Origin: Pseudomonadota bacterium | Lineage (GTDB): Bacteria; UBA10199; 2-02-FULL-44-16; JAAZCA01 | NCBI GenBank assembly: GCA_043798915.1 | Contig: JAZDOG010000101.1 | Location: forward strand, 21,150-85,149 | Direction: 5' to 3' | Length of the DNA: 64,000 nucleotides | Shown: positions 20,502 to 31,745 of the stretch, in pieces | Layout of the letters: every line of letters starts with the position of its first letter | Position numbering within the stretch: the first letter of the stretch is position 1 | The notes under the pieces: generated by a model | Databases searched by the model: none | The model's input: only the letters and a program-made list of their open reading frames with translations | Told to the model about the DNA's origin: nothing | Program-made: the position numbers and the translations under genes

Positions 20502-20774
20502 TTACAGTACCCAATCCTTCAGCTGTTTGCCCGGCTTGAAGCGCGGAACGCTGCGAGCCTTGATCTGGATCTCAGCCCCCGTCTGCGGGTTGCGGCCGGT
20601 GCGAGCGCGACGCTTCGACACATAGAACGTCCCGAAGCCCGTCAGCGTGATCTTGTCCTTCTTGCGCAGGCACTTTCCGATGTTGTGCGTGACCGTATTG
20701 AGAACGTTCTCCGCCATCGACTTGGAGATCTTGCAGTCCTTCGCGATATAGTTGACCAATTCGGCTTTCGTCAT
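20502..20774 (-). CDS. hup: HU family DNA-binding protein
   Basis: 'MTKAELV...GFGTF...RTGRNPQTG...PRFKPGK.LK'. Confidence 0.93.
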   Translation of the reverse strand: MTKAELVNYIAKDCKISKSMAENVLNTVTHNIGKCLRKKDKITLTGFGTFYVSKRRARTGRNPQTGAEIQIKARSVPRFKPGKQLKDWVL

Positions 20775-21112
20775 TTGGTTTCACCCCCTTCCTGGAATAG
20801 ATTCATGCGACAGCTGTCTACGAAAACATTGGTGCGCGTGCATCTGCTGCCGTACGTTGCGTGAAAAATACGCAAGCGTCCCCTCCGTGTCAAACAAAAA
20901 GATTCGGCGGACGTCGATTTTTTCTATGCTGGCGAGTGAGGAACATGTTGCGGCGGTCGAGCGAAGCGACCCGCAGTCGAAACACAGCTGTCGGCAAAAA
21001 GCGTGCCAAGGCAGCTTTGCGGTCTCTCATCCCTTCAAGAATTCCTTGAACTTACCGTTGACATTTGGGGATTCAGCGTGCAATTTAGCTGCCTCCAATA
21101 GCGAGGCAAGCA

Positions 21113-23544
<2,432 letters not shown>

Positions 23545-23548
<4 letters not shown>

Positions 23549-24372
23549 CGCGTAAAATTACAATCGGTGTCATGGTCTGCATCGTTCTCTTTAGCCTGCA
23601 GGGCTGCAAGCCCAGGGGCTTTGATGCGGATTTCAAAGCGGCAGAGGCGGCGGTCGGAATTGGCGACAACGACGGCGCGCTGAACGCCTACCGCGCCGTG
23701 GTCGATCGCTACCCGGCCGATCCGCGCCGGTGCGGCGTCCTCCTCAAGATCGCAGATATCTACGACACCTCCCTCCACGACGACATCTCCGCCGCCCGCG
23801 CCTATGCGAGGGTGATAAAGGAATATCCGCTCTCCGATGTGTCGGTGCCGGCTCGCGAGCGCCATGCGCTGCTCATGGAGAAGAAGGGCGATTTCGACGG
23901 CGAGATCGAGGACTATTCCGATCTGCTCAAACACTTTCCCGAGAGCCCCGACAGATACAGATACCGCGTGCTCATGGCCGGCGCTTATCTTTCTCAGCGG
24001 AACTTCGGGCAGGCCAGGATGGAGATCAAGCCCCTGCTCGATGACAGACAGATTCCGCCTGAGGTGCGCGAGCAGGCGCTCTTCGTCGCCGGCGAGAGCT
24101 TCTTTCTCGAGGACCATCCGGAGAAGGCCGCGCCATATTATCAGCAGATGCTCAGGGAGTTCCCGAATTCAAAGCTGGCGTCCGAGGCCGAGCTCCACTT
24201 CGCGACGTGCGCCGAGGAGATGGGCTATCTTGGGACGGCCCGCGACATCACGAGGGACGCCGCACGCGACTATCCCAACAAAAAGGTGATCGATGCGAAG
24301 CTCAAGAGCATAAAGGAGCGGGCCACAAAGCACGCCGAGCCGGCACCGCCGGCAGGACAGAAGAAGCCCTGA
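23545..24372 (+). CDS. TPR lipoprotein (BamD/CpoB-like)
   Basis: Lipobox 'LQGC' and TPR repeats with 'YP/FP.S' turns. Confidence 0.7.
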
Positions 24373-24447
24373 ACCATCTAAAAAGCGGTTTACAAACAGC
24401 GCCACCATGGGTTAGCCTCCGGCGCCTTGAAAGGAAAAGGAGATCAT

Positions 24448-24882
24448 ATGGCAAACGAACGCACGCTGGCCATAATCAAGCCCGATGCCCTCGAGAAGGG
24501 GATCATCGGCGAGATATGCAGGAGGATCGAGGACGCCAGCCTCAAGATCGTCGGCATGAAGATGTTGAAGCTTGAGCGCCAGCGCTCCGAGGGTTTCTAT
24601 GCCGTCCACAAGGGCAAGGTCTTCTTCGAGAGCCTCACCAAGTTCATGACATCCGGCCCCTGTGTCGTGATGGCGCTCGAGGGTGCAGGTGCGATCAAGA
24701 AGTGGCGCGAAACGATGGGTGCCACGAACCCGGAGGAAGCGGCCGAAGGGACGATACGCCGCGACTGGGGGACGAACATCGAGCGCAATGCCGTGCACGG
24801 TTCCGACGCCCCGGACACAGCAAAGTTCGAGATCGCATATTTCTTCGAGTCGAATGAGATAGTGCAGTATGAGTGGGTGTAG
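24448..24882 (+). CDS. ndk: Nucleoside diphosphate kinase
   Basis: '[11 protein letters not shown]...NAVHGSD'. Confidence 0.97.
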   Translation: MANERTLAIIKPDALEKGIIGEICRRIEDASLKIVGMKMLKLERQRSEGFYAVHKGKVFFESLTKFMTSGPCVVMALEGAGAIKKWRETMGATNPEEAAEGTIRRDWGTNIERNAVHGSDAPDTAKFEIAYFFESNEIVQYEWV

Positions 24883-24903
24883 AACCCGTCGCTCGTGACT
24901 CGT

Positions 24904-24972
24904 GTGTATCAAATCATCGACCATACCGCCGATGCAGGCCTCTGGCATGCGCAGGTGATCTTCGACATCTGA
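24904..24972 (+). pseudogene. Internally deleted archease remnant
   Basis: Reads (M)YQIIDHTADAGL-WHAQVIFDI*, i.e. the archease N-terminal DHTAD motif joined to its C-terminal motif. Confidence 0.7.
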
Positions 24973-25040
24973 AATCCCCTTTTAAAAGTCCTTTAATGTC
25001 AATAACTTGAACGCCGGGAAACGTCCCCTGCATTTTTCAC

Positions 25041-25067
25041 GCAACTTTGTCTGAAACCCGCCGATAA
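25041..25067 (+). promoter_or_regulatory. Putative sigma-28 (FliA/WhiG)-like promoter
   Basis: GCAACTTT-N11-GCCGATAA; the -10 box equals the sigma-28 consensus. Confidence 0.65.
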
Positions 25068-25110
25068 ATGAGGTGGAGCAGAACCTTCCCCTGTTTATCA
25101 GGAGGTAAAG

Positions 25111-27351
25111 ATGGCGGTCTGTGGAAGGAATCGAATCAAGTGCAAAACCTTGGCTGATCTTCCGGTCTGCGACCCCCAAAAGGACTGGAATTTGCTCAAG
25201 CTTGACCCGCTCAGCATGGAGACTCCGGAGTGGATGGGGATCGATCACCTGCTTGTAAATAAGACCGCCACTCGAGGCACGGTCCTTCGTTTTGTCCGAC
25301 CGGAATTATTGGAAGATTTGAAAGCGTCGTTATCCGAAGGATTTCGCCCGACCGAACCTGCAGAGCTGGATGAATTCATATCCCAGGATACTGTCAGAGC
25401 ACACGGATATGCCGGCTTCTGCAAATCTACGCATGTGATTAAGGATGATGGCAGGCAGCTGTGGGGCGTATACAAGTGGCACGGCACTCCCAGTGAATAT
25501 CTCGCTGTTTTCAACAAGTACAATTCCGACAAACACATCCAGATGGAGTCCAACGGTTTCGAACTCTCCGTCGAGGAGATGACGGGCTTGATCGGGGCGC
25601 TGAAACTCGGAAGCAAGGACTACTACTGCGACGGAGATGGTTGTCCCCGCGAACTGCCTGTCCAATCGCAGAGCGCCTGCGGATCCAACTACACCAAGGG
25701 CACCTATTTTTTCACATCGAAACCCGAACGCCTCAATAACCTGATCGAGATGCTCGGGAAGAAAAAAGAGGGGGATGGCTATCAGCTGAAGGTCGGCGGT
25801 CTCGCCGATCTCCGCCGGGAGGAGTTGATCAAACATTTGAAGGACATCCTGCCCAAACCGTCGGAGCAGAAAACGCCACAGTACGTATGGTGGCTTGTTG
25901 GCACCAATTTCCTGGTGGCTGCGGCCATCGTGGGCCCCCAGCTCAAGGAACTCTATCGGTGGTGGAGGGGCAGGGTGAAGACGGTGGATTTTGGGGCCAT
26001 CGTGAAAAAGAAGATCGAGGCCGATTCCTCATATACGGTGAAGGGCCGCGAGGCCGAGGCGAGGGAGGCCTGGAAGATGACGGACGCGGATCCAGGAATC
26101 GATGAATTTCCGCATCTGCTGATCGATCTCGCGACCGGCGAGGGCAAGGACAAGCTTTACGAGGAGATGATAATCCTCAAGGAGAAGGGCGACCCGTCCG
26201 TGCCGGAAAGATGGCGGAACGCCGCCGTCGTGGATGTGGATCCTGCCAGCTTTCAGTCCGACACCAAATGGCGCGGCAATGTGGCCGACAAGGTGACCGA
26301 GATCGGGGAAAAAGCCAGGAAGGGCCCGTTGGTAGTGAGGATGCGCGAAGGGGATAAAATATTCCTGAGCGGGGGGGCTTCAAGCAGCGACTCCGAGGTG
26401 GTCGCCGGGCTCATGCTCGCGAAGCTGGAGGAGCCAGGGGTGCGCGAAAACCTCCTTCTGGTGATAACCACGAGCCGCGGCGATGAGATGATTGCGAAAC
26501 ATCCGGATCTTTTCCGCCGCTTCAACAAGCCCGGGCTTCACATCTTCAGCGTGGCCGAAGTGATCGATGCCCTCGACGGGCCCACCAGGAAGGCATACGA
26601 AAAGAAACGAGGCGTCAAGATTCCGCGCGAGGTTATCGGCGCGGCTGCGCGCATTGCTGAATCCTATTACCGGCCATCGAGGGTCGTCGTGAATGCAACG
26701 ACAAGAAAAGAGTTCATGCTTGCGCGCTTCGACGCCACGAAGAACCTCCTGTCCGATGCCGCAAAGATGGCCGCGAAACGCGGCAAAGGAACGGTTGTCA
26801 CGGTCAGCGACGTCATCGCCGCGGCAGAGGGGCGCATCGGCAAAAAGCTCGATCACGGTCAGGTCGAGGCCAGGATCGAAAAAGAAAGAGGGGTGGAGGA
26901 GGCGGCCAAGGCCAGGGCGGGCACGGAAGCGGCGCCAGCAAAGGGTGGTGCGCCTGTGTGCAGGGCGGACGAGGCCCCTGGCGAGCGGCCGGCTCCCGTT
27001 GATAACAGGACTGAGGCCTTGCGCCTTGTGATCGTTGCAGACAGAGAGTTGTCCACCCGGCTGCCGCGATACGACGATTTGCCTGAGGCAAGAAAAAGAG
27101 CGATTGTGGACTGCTTATATAAAACTTTGTTGGATAATGGCTTCAGGCAGACATATGTCCGGGATGGCAGAATAACGGCTGGGGGCTTAGAACAATTGAT
27201 CGCTCGCGTAAAAGGGTATGCATCAGTCGCCGCGCCGGAAGGGCCGGTGCGTCCTGAACGAGCGGCCGATGCTGATGGTGCTGATAAGGATGGCAGAAAA
27301 AAGGACACTGAACGTGATAAGGGGCGAAGGGGCGAAGTTCCGGGCAAATAG
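25111..27351 (+). CDS. Orphan protein: unknown N-domain, hydrophobic helix, degenerate ClpA/B NBD1-like AAA+ domain, shared C-terminal module
   Basis: 'VKGREAE', 'ATGEGKD', 'VPERWRN', 'TKWRG', 'LFRRF', 'YEKKRGVKI', 'AAARIAESY' are colinear with ClpB NBD1; AGGAGG RBS. Confidence 0.7.
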   Translation: MAVCGRNRIKCKTLADLPVCDPQKDWNLLKLDPLSMETPEWMGIDHLLVNKTATRGTVLRFVRPELLEDLKASLSEGFRPTEPAELDEFISQDTVRAHGYAGFCKSTHVIKDDGRQLWGVYKWHGTPSEYLAVFNKYNSDKHIQMESNGFELSVEEMTGLIGALKLGSKDYYCDGDGCPRELPVQSQSACGSNYTKGTYFFTSKPERLNNLIEMLGKKKEGDGYQLKVGGLADLRREELIKHLKDILPKPSEQKTPQYVWWLVGTNFLVAAAIVGPQLKELYRWWRGRVKTVDFGAIVKKKIEADSSYTVKGREAEAREAWKMTDADPGIDEFPHLLIDLATGEGKDKLYEEMIILKEKGDPSVPERWRNAAVVDVDPASFQSDTKWRGNVADKVTEIGEKARKGPLVVRMREGDKIFLSGGASSSDSEVVAGLMLAKLEEPGVRENLLLVITTSRGDEMIAKHPDLFRRFNKPGLHIFSVAEVIDALDGPTRKAYEKKRGVKIPREVIGAAARIAESYYRPSRVVVNATTRKEFMLARFDATKNLLSDAAKMAAKRGKGTVVTVSDVIAAAEGRIGKKLDHGQVEARIEKERGVEEAAKARAGTEAAPAKGGAPVCRADEAPGERPAPVDNRTEALRLVIVADRELSTRLPRYDDLPEARKRAIVDCLYKTLLDNGFRQTYVRDGRITAGGLEQLIARVKGYASVAAPEGPVRPERAADADGADKDGRKKDTERDKGRRGEVPGK

Positions 27352-27354
27352 GAG
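27011..27354 (+). repeat. Diverged direct repeat, copy 1 (copy 2 at about 29246-29583)
   Basis: Shared blocks gatggcagaataacggctg, cgcgtaaaagggt.tgcatcagtcgccgcgccgg.agggccggtgcg and ggcaaataggag. Confidence 0.85.
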
Positions 27355-27362
27355 GACATGCT

Positions 27363-28178
27363 ATGACGGTATACAATATTGATCCGACGACAAAAGTTGT
27401 GCTGGATGGTCCATACCAAGGGGAGATCGTGGCGCCCTGCTCCGAGCTCTCCGGCACGATGCGCCTGCCTGATGTGCTCTTGTCCAGGGATGAAGGCGTG
27501 GCGATACGTTCCCGGCACAATCTGAACACATCGCAATTCCATCTGGATATCGAGTCGCCGGTGAATGGTGTTTACTGCATGGCGTATAAAAATCCCTCGA
27601 TGAACAAGTCGTTCGTTGACAATTTCAAGTGTTCCTACGTGGGAGAATCGCCCGTGATGGCATGGTTCCGCGACTTGGTGCCTTTTATGGAGACATCCAG
27701 ATGCTCGACAGTGAAAAAGGGCATGAAGCCTTTTCTTCCGCACGAGGAGCCCGGGGAACTCGCTAAACTCTGGGATGGCACTCGCAACGGTCTGACGTTT
27801 GCCGTTGGCATGGCCATCGTGGACAGGGTGCTGAAGAGGTATGCCGGCTGGTCTCCGCTGGAATCGGCTTTGAAGACTGCCGCAAACTGGATGGGAAGGG
27901 GTGGGCCTGGGAGCGCAGGCGGCGCGGGCGGTGCAGCAAGCGGCGCAGGCGAAGGCTCCGGGGCCAGTGGGGCGCCACCTGCTGCCGAGGCCCCCGGAGG
28001 TCCTCCACAATCAACTTTCAGTCTTCCTTCGATCCCTGTTCCAACGCCGGAAGAAGCCGCAAAGATAGGAACATGGATGTTGATTATGGGGATTATGGGA
28101 ATTATGCTCGACAGTGCATTGAAGGCAGCGTGTCCAGTCTTTATAATAAGGCCCGCCGAAGAGAGAGTGGAGGCCTAA
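27363..28178 (+). CDS. Orphan hypothetical protein with Gly/Pro-rich linker and hydrophobic C-terminal helix
   Basis: AGGAGG RBS 11 nt after the previous stop; no family recognised. Confidence 0.7.
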   Translation: MTVYNIDPTTKVVLDGPYQGEIVAPCSELSGTMRLPDVLLSRDEGVAIRSRHNLNTSQFHLDIESPVNGVYCMAYKNPSMNKSFVDNFKCSYVGESPVMAWFRDLVPFMETSRCSTVKKGMKPFLPHEEPGELAKLWDGTRNGLTFAVGMAIVDRVLKRYAGWSPLESALKTAANWMGRGGPGSAGGAGGAASGAGEGSGASGAPPAAEAPGGPPQSTFSLPSIPVPTPEEAAKIGTWMLIMGIMGIMLDSALKAACPVFIIRPAEERVEA

Positions 28179-28203
28179 AGATAGTTGGAATGGAGGAAGT
28201 CCT

Positions 28204-29580
28204 ATGGCTGGCCCAGATGGCAAAATACCCAAGGCACCTGGTTCGCCTGGCGTCGAAATCGATAGTGATTATGCACGCCAGTTAGGTTGCAGGCCGGGTG
28301 AAGAAGATCCTCCCGCCGATGCATGCCGGACTGCAATAGAGCCTGACAGGTATACGTCGGCGAGCCTCCCCACTCCGCCCCCCACTGCTCCATTTGCACC
28401 GCCAGGGCGTTTTGCGCCTGCCCCGCCAACGGCATCAAACGCAGCAAGCGAGGCAGCGACAGCTACAGGCTCGGCGGTCTCCGGGAAAGGCCCTCTCGAG
28501 ACTGCCAGGTTTTTTAGAGAACTCGCTGCCGAAACTCTGCAGGAAACAAAGAGGCCAGGCGTAAATGTATCCGCTTTAGAGGCGCAGGCAGCTGTGCTTA
28601 TTCTCGACGCGGTTGTATTGGAGCAGGAAAATGGCGGGTCAAGCGCGCGATTTACAGGGGGACTCAGGCAGGTTGCAAAAAATAGAGCCGATTCCATTTT
28701 AGATGAAGCCCGCAGGGCACAGAGGTCAGGAGCGGAGAGGTTGAGGTCAAGCGACGACGGGAAATTCTCCGAGGGGTTGGATTTAATTATGGCCGCCAGC
28801 AGAGGATATGATCTAGCGCGCCTGCTCTTCGAAACCATCGATCTTGACCTCGAGAGCGCAATTCGTGGCTCGGAGCAGGTTGATTTCTTGAGGAAGGCGG
28901 CGGAAAAAGCGTTTTCACGCAAGAAGTATCTACAACAGGCCCTCGACTTGTTTGACCTGGCTTTGCAAGCAAGCGGTGGCAGTGGTGATTCCCTGGAAAA
29001 ACTCAGGATTATAAGAACCCAAACCGGAGGTACCAAGAAGCTTGTGAGATTCTATCAAAAAGCGCTTTCTTCGCCTGTTCCGCAACTTTTACAGCAACGA
29101 CAATTTTCTTTGCCTGGATACGACAATGCCGGGCCTGTAGATATGAGCAAGGCTTTTGCGAATTTACGTCGTTTCAGGATTGCTCCGGACTCTCCTCTGC
29201 CGCCTCAAGCCTTGCCGTTGGCAAGTTCCCCGCAGACGCTCGAGGCTGAGGCCATCAGTCTTACGGCCGATGCAGTCAGTGAGTTGCCCAGCCGGTTGCC
29301 GGGATACCGCGATTTGCTTCCGGAGAGAAAGGCAGAGATTGAGGGCTCCATATATAAAAATTTATTGGATGGGGACTTCAGGAGTGCATATATCCGTGAT
29401 GGCAGAATAACGGCTGAGGGTTTCGAACAATTGGCTGCCCGCGTAAAAGGGTCTGCATCAGTCGCCGCGCCGGCAGGGCCGGTGCGGCCTGAGCGAGCGG
29501 AGGATGATCGGCCGGTCAGGGACGACAGGGATGGCAGAGAGGACGTTGAACGCGCAAAGGGCAAAGTTTTTGGCAAATAG
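28204..29580 (+). CDS. Orphan helical protein with Pro-rich N-region and shared C-terminal module
   Basis: GGAGG RBS; the last ~110 aa are homologous to the C-terminus of 25111-27351. Confidence 0.72.
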   Translation: MAGPDGKIPKAPGSPGVEIDSDYARQLGCRPGEEDPPADACRTAIEPDRYTSASLPTPPPTAPFAPPGRFAPAPPTASNAASEAATATGSAVSGKGPLETARFFRELAAETLQETKRPGVNVSALEAQAAVLILDAVVLEQENGGSSARFTGGLRQVAKNRADSILDEARRAQRSGAERLRSSDDGKFSEGLDLIMAASRGYDLARLLFETIDLDLESAIRGSEQVDFLRKAAEKAFSRKKYLQQALDLFDLALQASGGSGDSLEKLRIIRTQTGGTKKLVRFYQKALSSPVPQLLQQRQFSLPGYDNAGPVDMSKAFANLRRFRIAPDSPLPPQALPLASSPQTLEAEAISLTADAVSELPSRLPGYRDLLPERKAEIEGSIYKNLLDGDFRSAYIRDGRITAEGFEQLAARVKGSASVAAPAGPVRPERAEDDRPVRDDRDGREDVERAKGKVFGK

Positions 29581-29642
29581 GAGATGGAGTTTCGAGGCAT
29601 TCCAGTGGGCCGATCCCGAAATGCTGAAAGAAATGCTGAATC

Positions 29643-29680
29643 AGGGGACGTTTCTCCCCCCGAAAAGAGAAACGTCCCCT
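29643..29680. repeat. 14-bp-stem hairpin (REP-like or terminator)
   Basis: aggggacgtttctc pairs with gagaaacgtcccct. Confidence 0.7.
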
Positions 29681-29708
29681 TTATCCTGGAGAGGTGTGAC
29701 TTTGGTTG

Positions 29709-30839
29709 TTAGAATATGAGCTGATATTTAGTTGCCGGTCCCTTCCCCTTTTTCTGCAGAAAGCGTTCCTCCAGCAATATATTCAAGGCATAAACCGCGG
29801 TGCGCCGCGGAATTTTAGTGTATTTCACAACATCCCCTGTGCCGAGCTTTTCTTCCGGATGCTCCTTGAAACAGGCAAGGACCTTCCTGGGCGCCTCTGC
29901 CAGACTCAGGAAATCATCGTATCTTCTGGCGTAGAATTCAATGTCATGCCGCAGAGCGGCGGAGATCATTTTGAGCATGAAGGTCAGGAAATATTCGATT
30001 TTGTATTTCTTCGGGTCCTGCAGGAATCTCCCTTTCGAACACTTTCTCAGGACCAGATAATATTCCTCCTTGTTCTTTTCGATGTGCCGGTCGAGCGCGA
30101 TATATGGCATGATTCCAGCCAGGTTTTTGTCGTCTGACTGAAGGATTGCGAGGGCAAAGAGACTTCGCCCGATGCGTCCGTTTCCGTCCTGAAAGGGATG
30201 TATTGCCAGAAAACGGAAGACGAGTTCGCATGCGACGGCGATGCTCCATGGATGCGCCTTGAGATTTGCGTTGTACCAGTCGATGAGTTCATGCATTGCC
30301 GCGATCGTGACCGGGCCCGGATCGGCAGTCTTGAGGACATCCTTCACTGTGTTGGTGCCCAGGATCATCTCGATCACGCTGTTCGGAGAGGTCTTGTATT
30401 TGCCGAGGTAATGCGCAGCAGGAGGGTAAAAACGGAGCAGCTCGGCATGCAGTCCTCTGACGGTCGTTTCCGAGAGCGGAAACAGCTCTCTCGCCTGCGC
30501 ATAGACGATGGTGAGCATATTGCGGCAGCCAGCGACCTCCTCGACGCTCCTCTCGCTCTCTTTCGAGAGCTTGTTTTCGATGTATTTCTTTTTCTGAATG
30601 AAGGCGGTCGGCCTGCCGTCCTGGCTGAGCATTTCATCCATCCAGTCGATTTCGACGTCAGTGAGGATGGCATTTTCGATCCTGGTCGTGGAGCCTATCG
30701 TGCTTATCAGGGCATATCTATGAATTGACTGTTGATGGTCAGGGGAGAGGGTATCGAGAAATGCCCGCTTTTCAGCAGATAAATCAGTGATTTCTTTAAG
30801 TTTTTTTGTCAGATCGTCTGTGATGTTGAAAGAAAGCAT
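29709..30839 (-). CDS. Fic family protein with C-terminal winged HTH
   Basis: 'HPFQDGNGRIGR' and inhibitory-helix-like 'STTRIEN'. Confidence 0.9.
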   Translation of the reverse strand: MLSFNITDDLTKKLKEITDLSAEKRAFLDTLSPDHQQSIHRYALISTIGSTTRIENAILTDVEIDWMDEMLSQDGRPTAFIQKKKYIENKLSKESERSVEEVAGCRNMLTIVYAQARELFPLSETTVRGLHAELLRFYPPAAHYLGKYKTSPNSVIEMILGTNTVKDVLKTADPGPVTIAAMHELIDWYNANLKAHPWSIAVACELVFRFLAIHPFQDGNGRIGRSLFALAILQSDDKNLAGIMPYIALDRHIEKNKEEYYLVLRKCSKGRFLQDPKKYKIEYFLTFMLKMISAALRHDIEFYARRYDDFLSLAEAPRKVLACFKEHPEEKLGTGDVVKYTKIPRRTAVYALNILLEERFLQKKGKGPATKYQLIF

Positions 30840-30850
30840 GCAGATAGATT

Positions 30851-30910
30851 GTGCAATATTGTGCAACTATATGCAACTATTTATTGCACAATATTGCACG
30901 ATACTGCACA
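30851..30910. promoter_or_regulatory. Operator-like array upstream of the fic gene
   Basis: Perfect 16-bp inverted repeat gtgcaatattgtgcaa / ttgcacaatattgcac within a 10-bp-periodic TGCA array. Confidence 0.6.
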
Positions 30911-31058
30911 TCTAAATCATCTGCCGGTTTCACTTTCGTCCATCTCTTCTCATTCCACGCATGGTTGCGCCACAGGAGGATATTGAGGGAGACGAAGATT
31001 GCGGCGTTGTAGAGGAACAGCGCGCCGTTGAGCAGCGCCGAACGTATTTTTTGTTTTA

Positions 31059-31745
31059 TCATTCCAAGAGCTCCAAAAGCGTGTGCGAGATCTGCTGCCC
31101 CAGGCGCCTTGCCTGCGATGTGAGTTTTCTCAGTTCCGTCTTCGTGAGAGGCTCGATCGTGCCCATCGAGCTCACGAGATAGGCGATGTGGGCGACGTGC
31201 TCCAGGTGCTCCATCCGATTGAAAGCGTCTTCGAGGTCCCGGCCCAGCACCAGCACGCCGTGCCGCTGAAGGAGGAACGCGTTGTGCTTCTCGAGCAGGG
31301 GCCTCAGCACCACCGCCATCTCGTCCGTGCCGGGCGTGGCGTACGGAACCGATGGCACGGGTCCGATGTAGATCGCGAGCTCCGGCAAAAGCATCTCAGT
31401 GAGGGAGATGTCCGCCAGCGAGCAGGCGAGGCAATAATGGGGATGGGCATGGATAGCGGCGCCGACATCGCGGCGGAGCTTGTACACCGTGCGGTGCATC
31501 GAGGTTTCGGACGAGGGGCGGGTCTTCGGATCGTGCGGCGCGCCATTCGCGTCGCAGGCGACAATCTTCGAGGGGATCACGGCGTCCTTGCGCGTGGCGG
31601 CTGGCGTGATGAGAAAGCCTTTTTCATCGCGCACCGACACGTTGCCGCTGGTCGCCACAAGGTAGCCGCGATCGTACAGGCGGTGGCATACATCGGCCAT
31701 CGCCGCGCGGGGATCCTGCTCCCATTGTTTGGCTTCGGAATGCAT
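31059..31745 (-). CDS. Class II aldolase/adducin family protein
   Basis: 'SGNVSVR', 'LITP', 'PSSE..MH..VY', 'HAH', 'HGV'. Confidence 0.9.
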   Translation of the reverse strand: MHSEAKQWEQDPRAAMADVCHRLYDRGYLVATSGNVSVRDEKGFLITPAATRKDAVIPSKIVACDANGAPHDPKTRPSSETSMHRTVYKLRRDVGAAIHAHPHYCLACSLADISLTEMLLPELAIYIGPVPSVPYATPGTDEMAVVLRPLLEKHNAFLLQRHGVLVLGRDLEDAFNRMEHLEHVAHIAYLVSSMGTIEPLTKTELRKLTSQARRLGQQISHTLLELLE

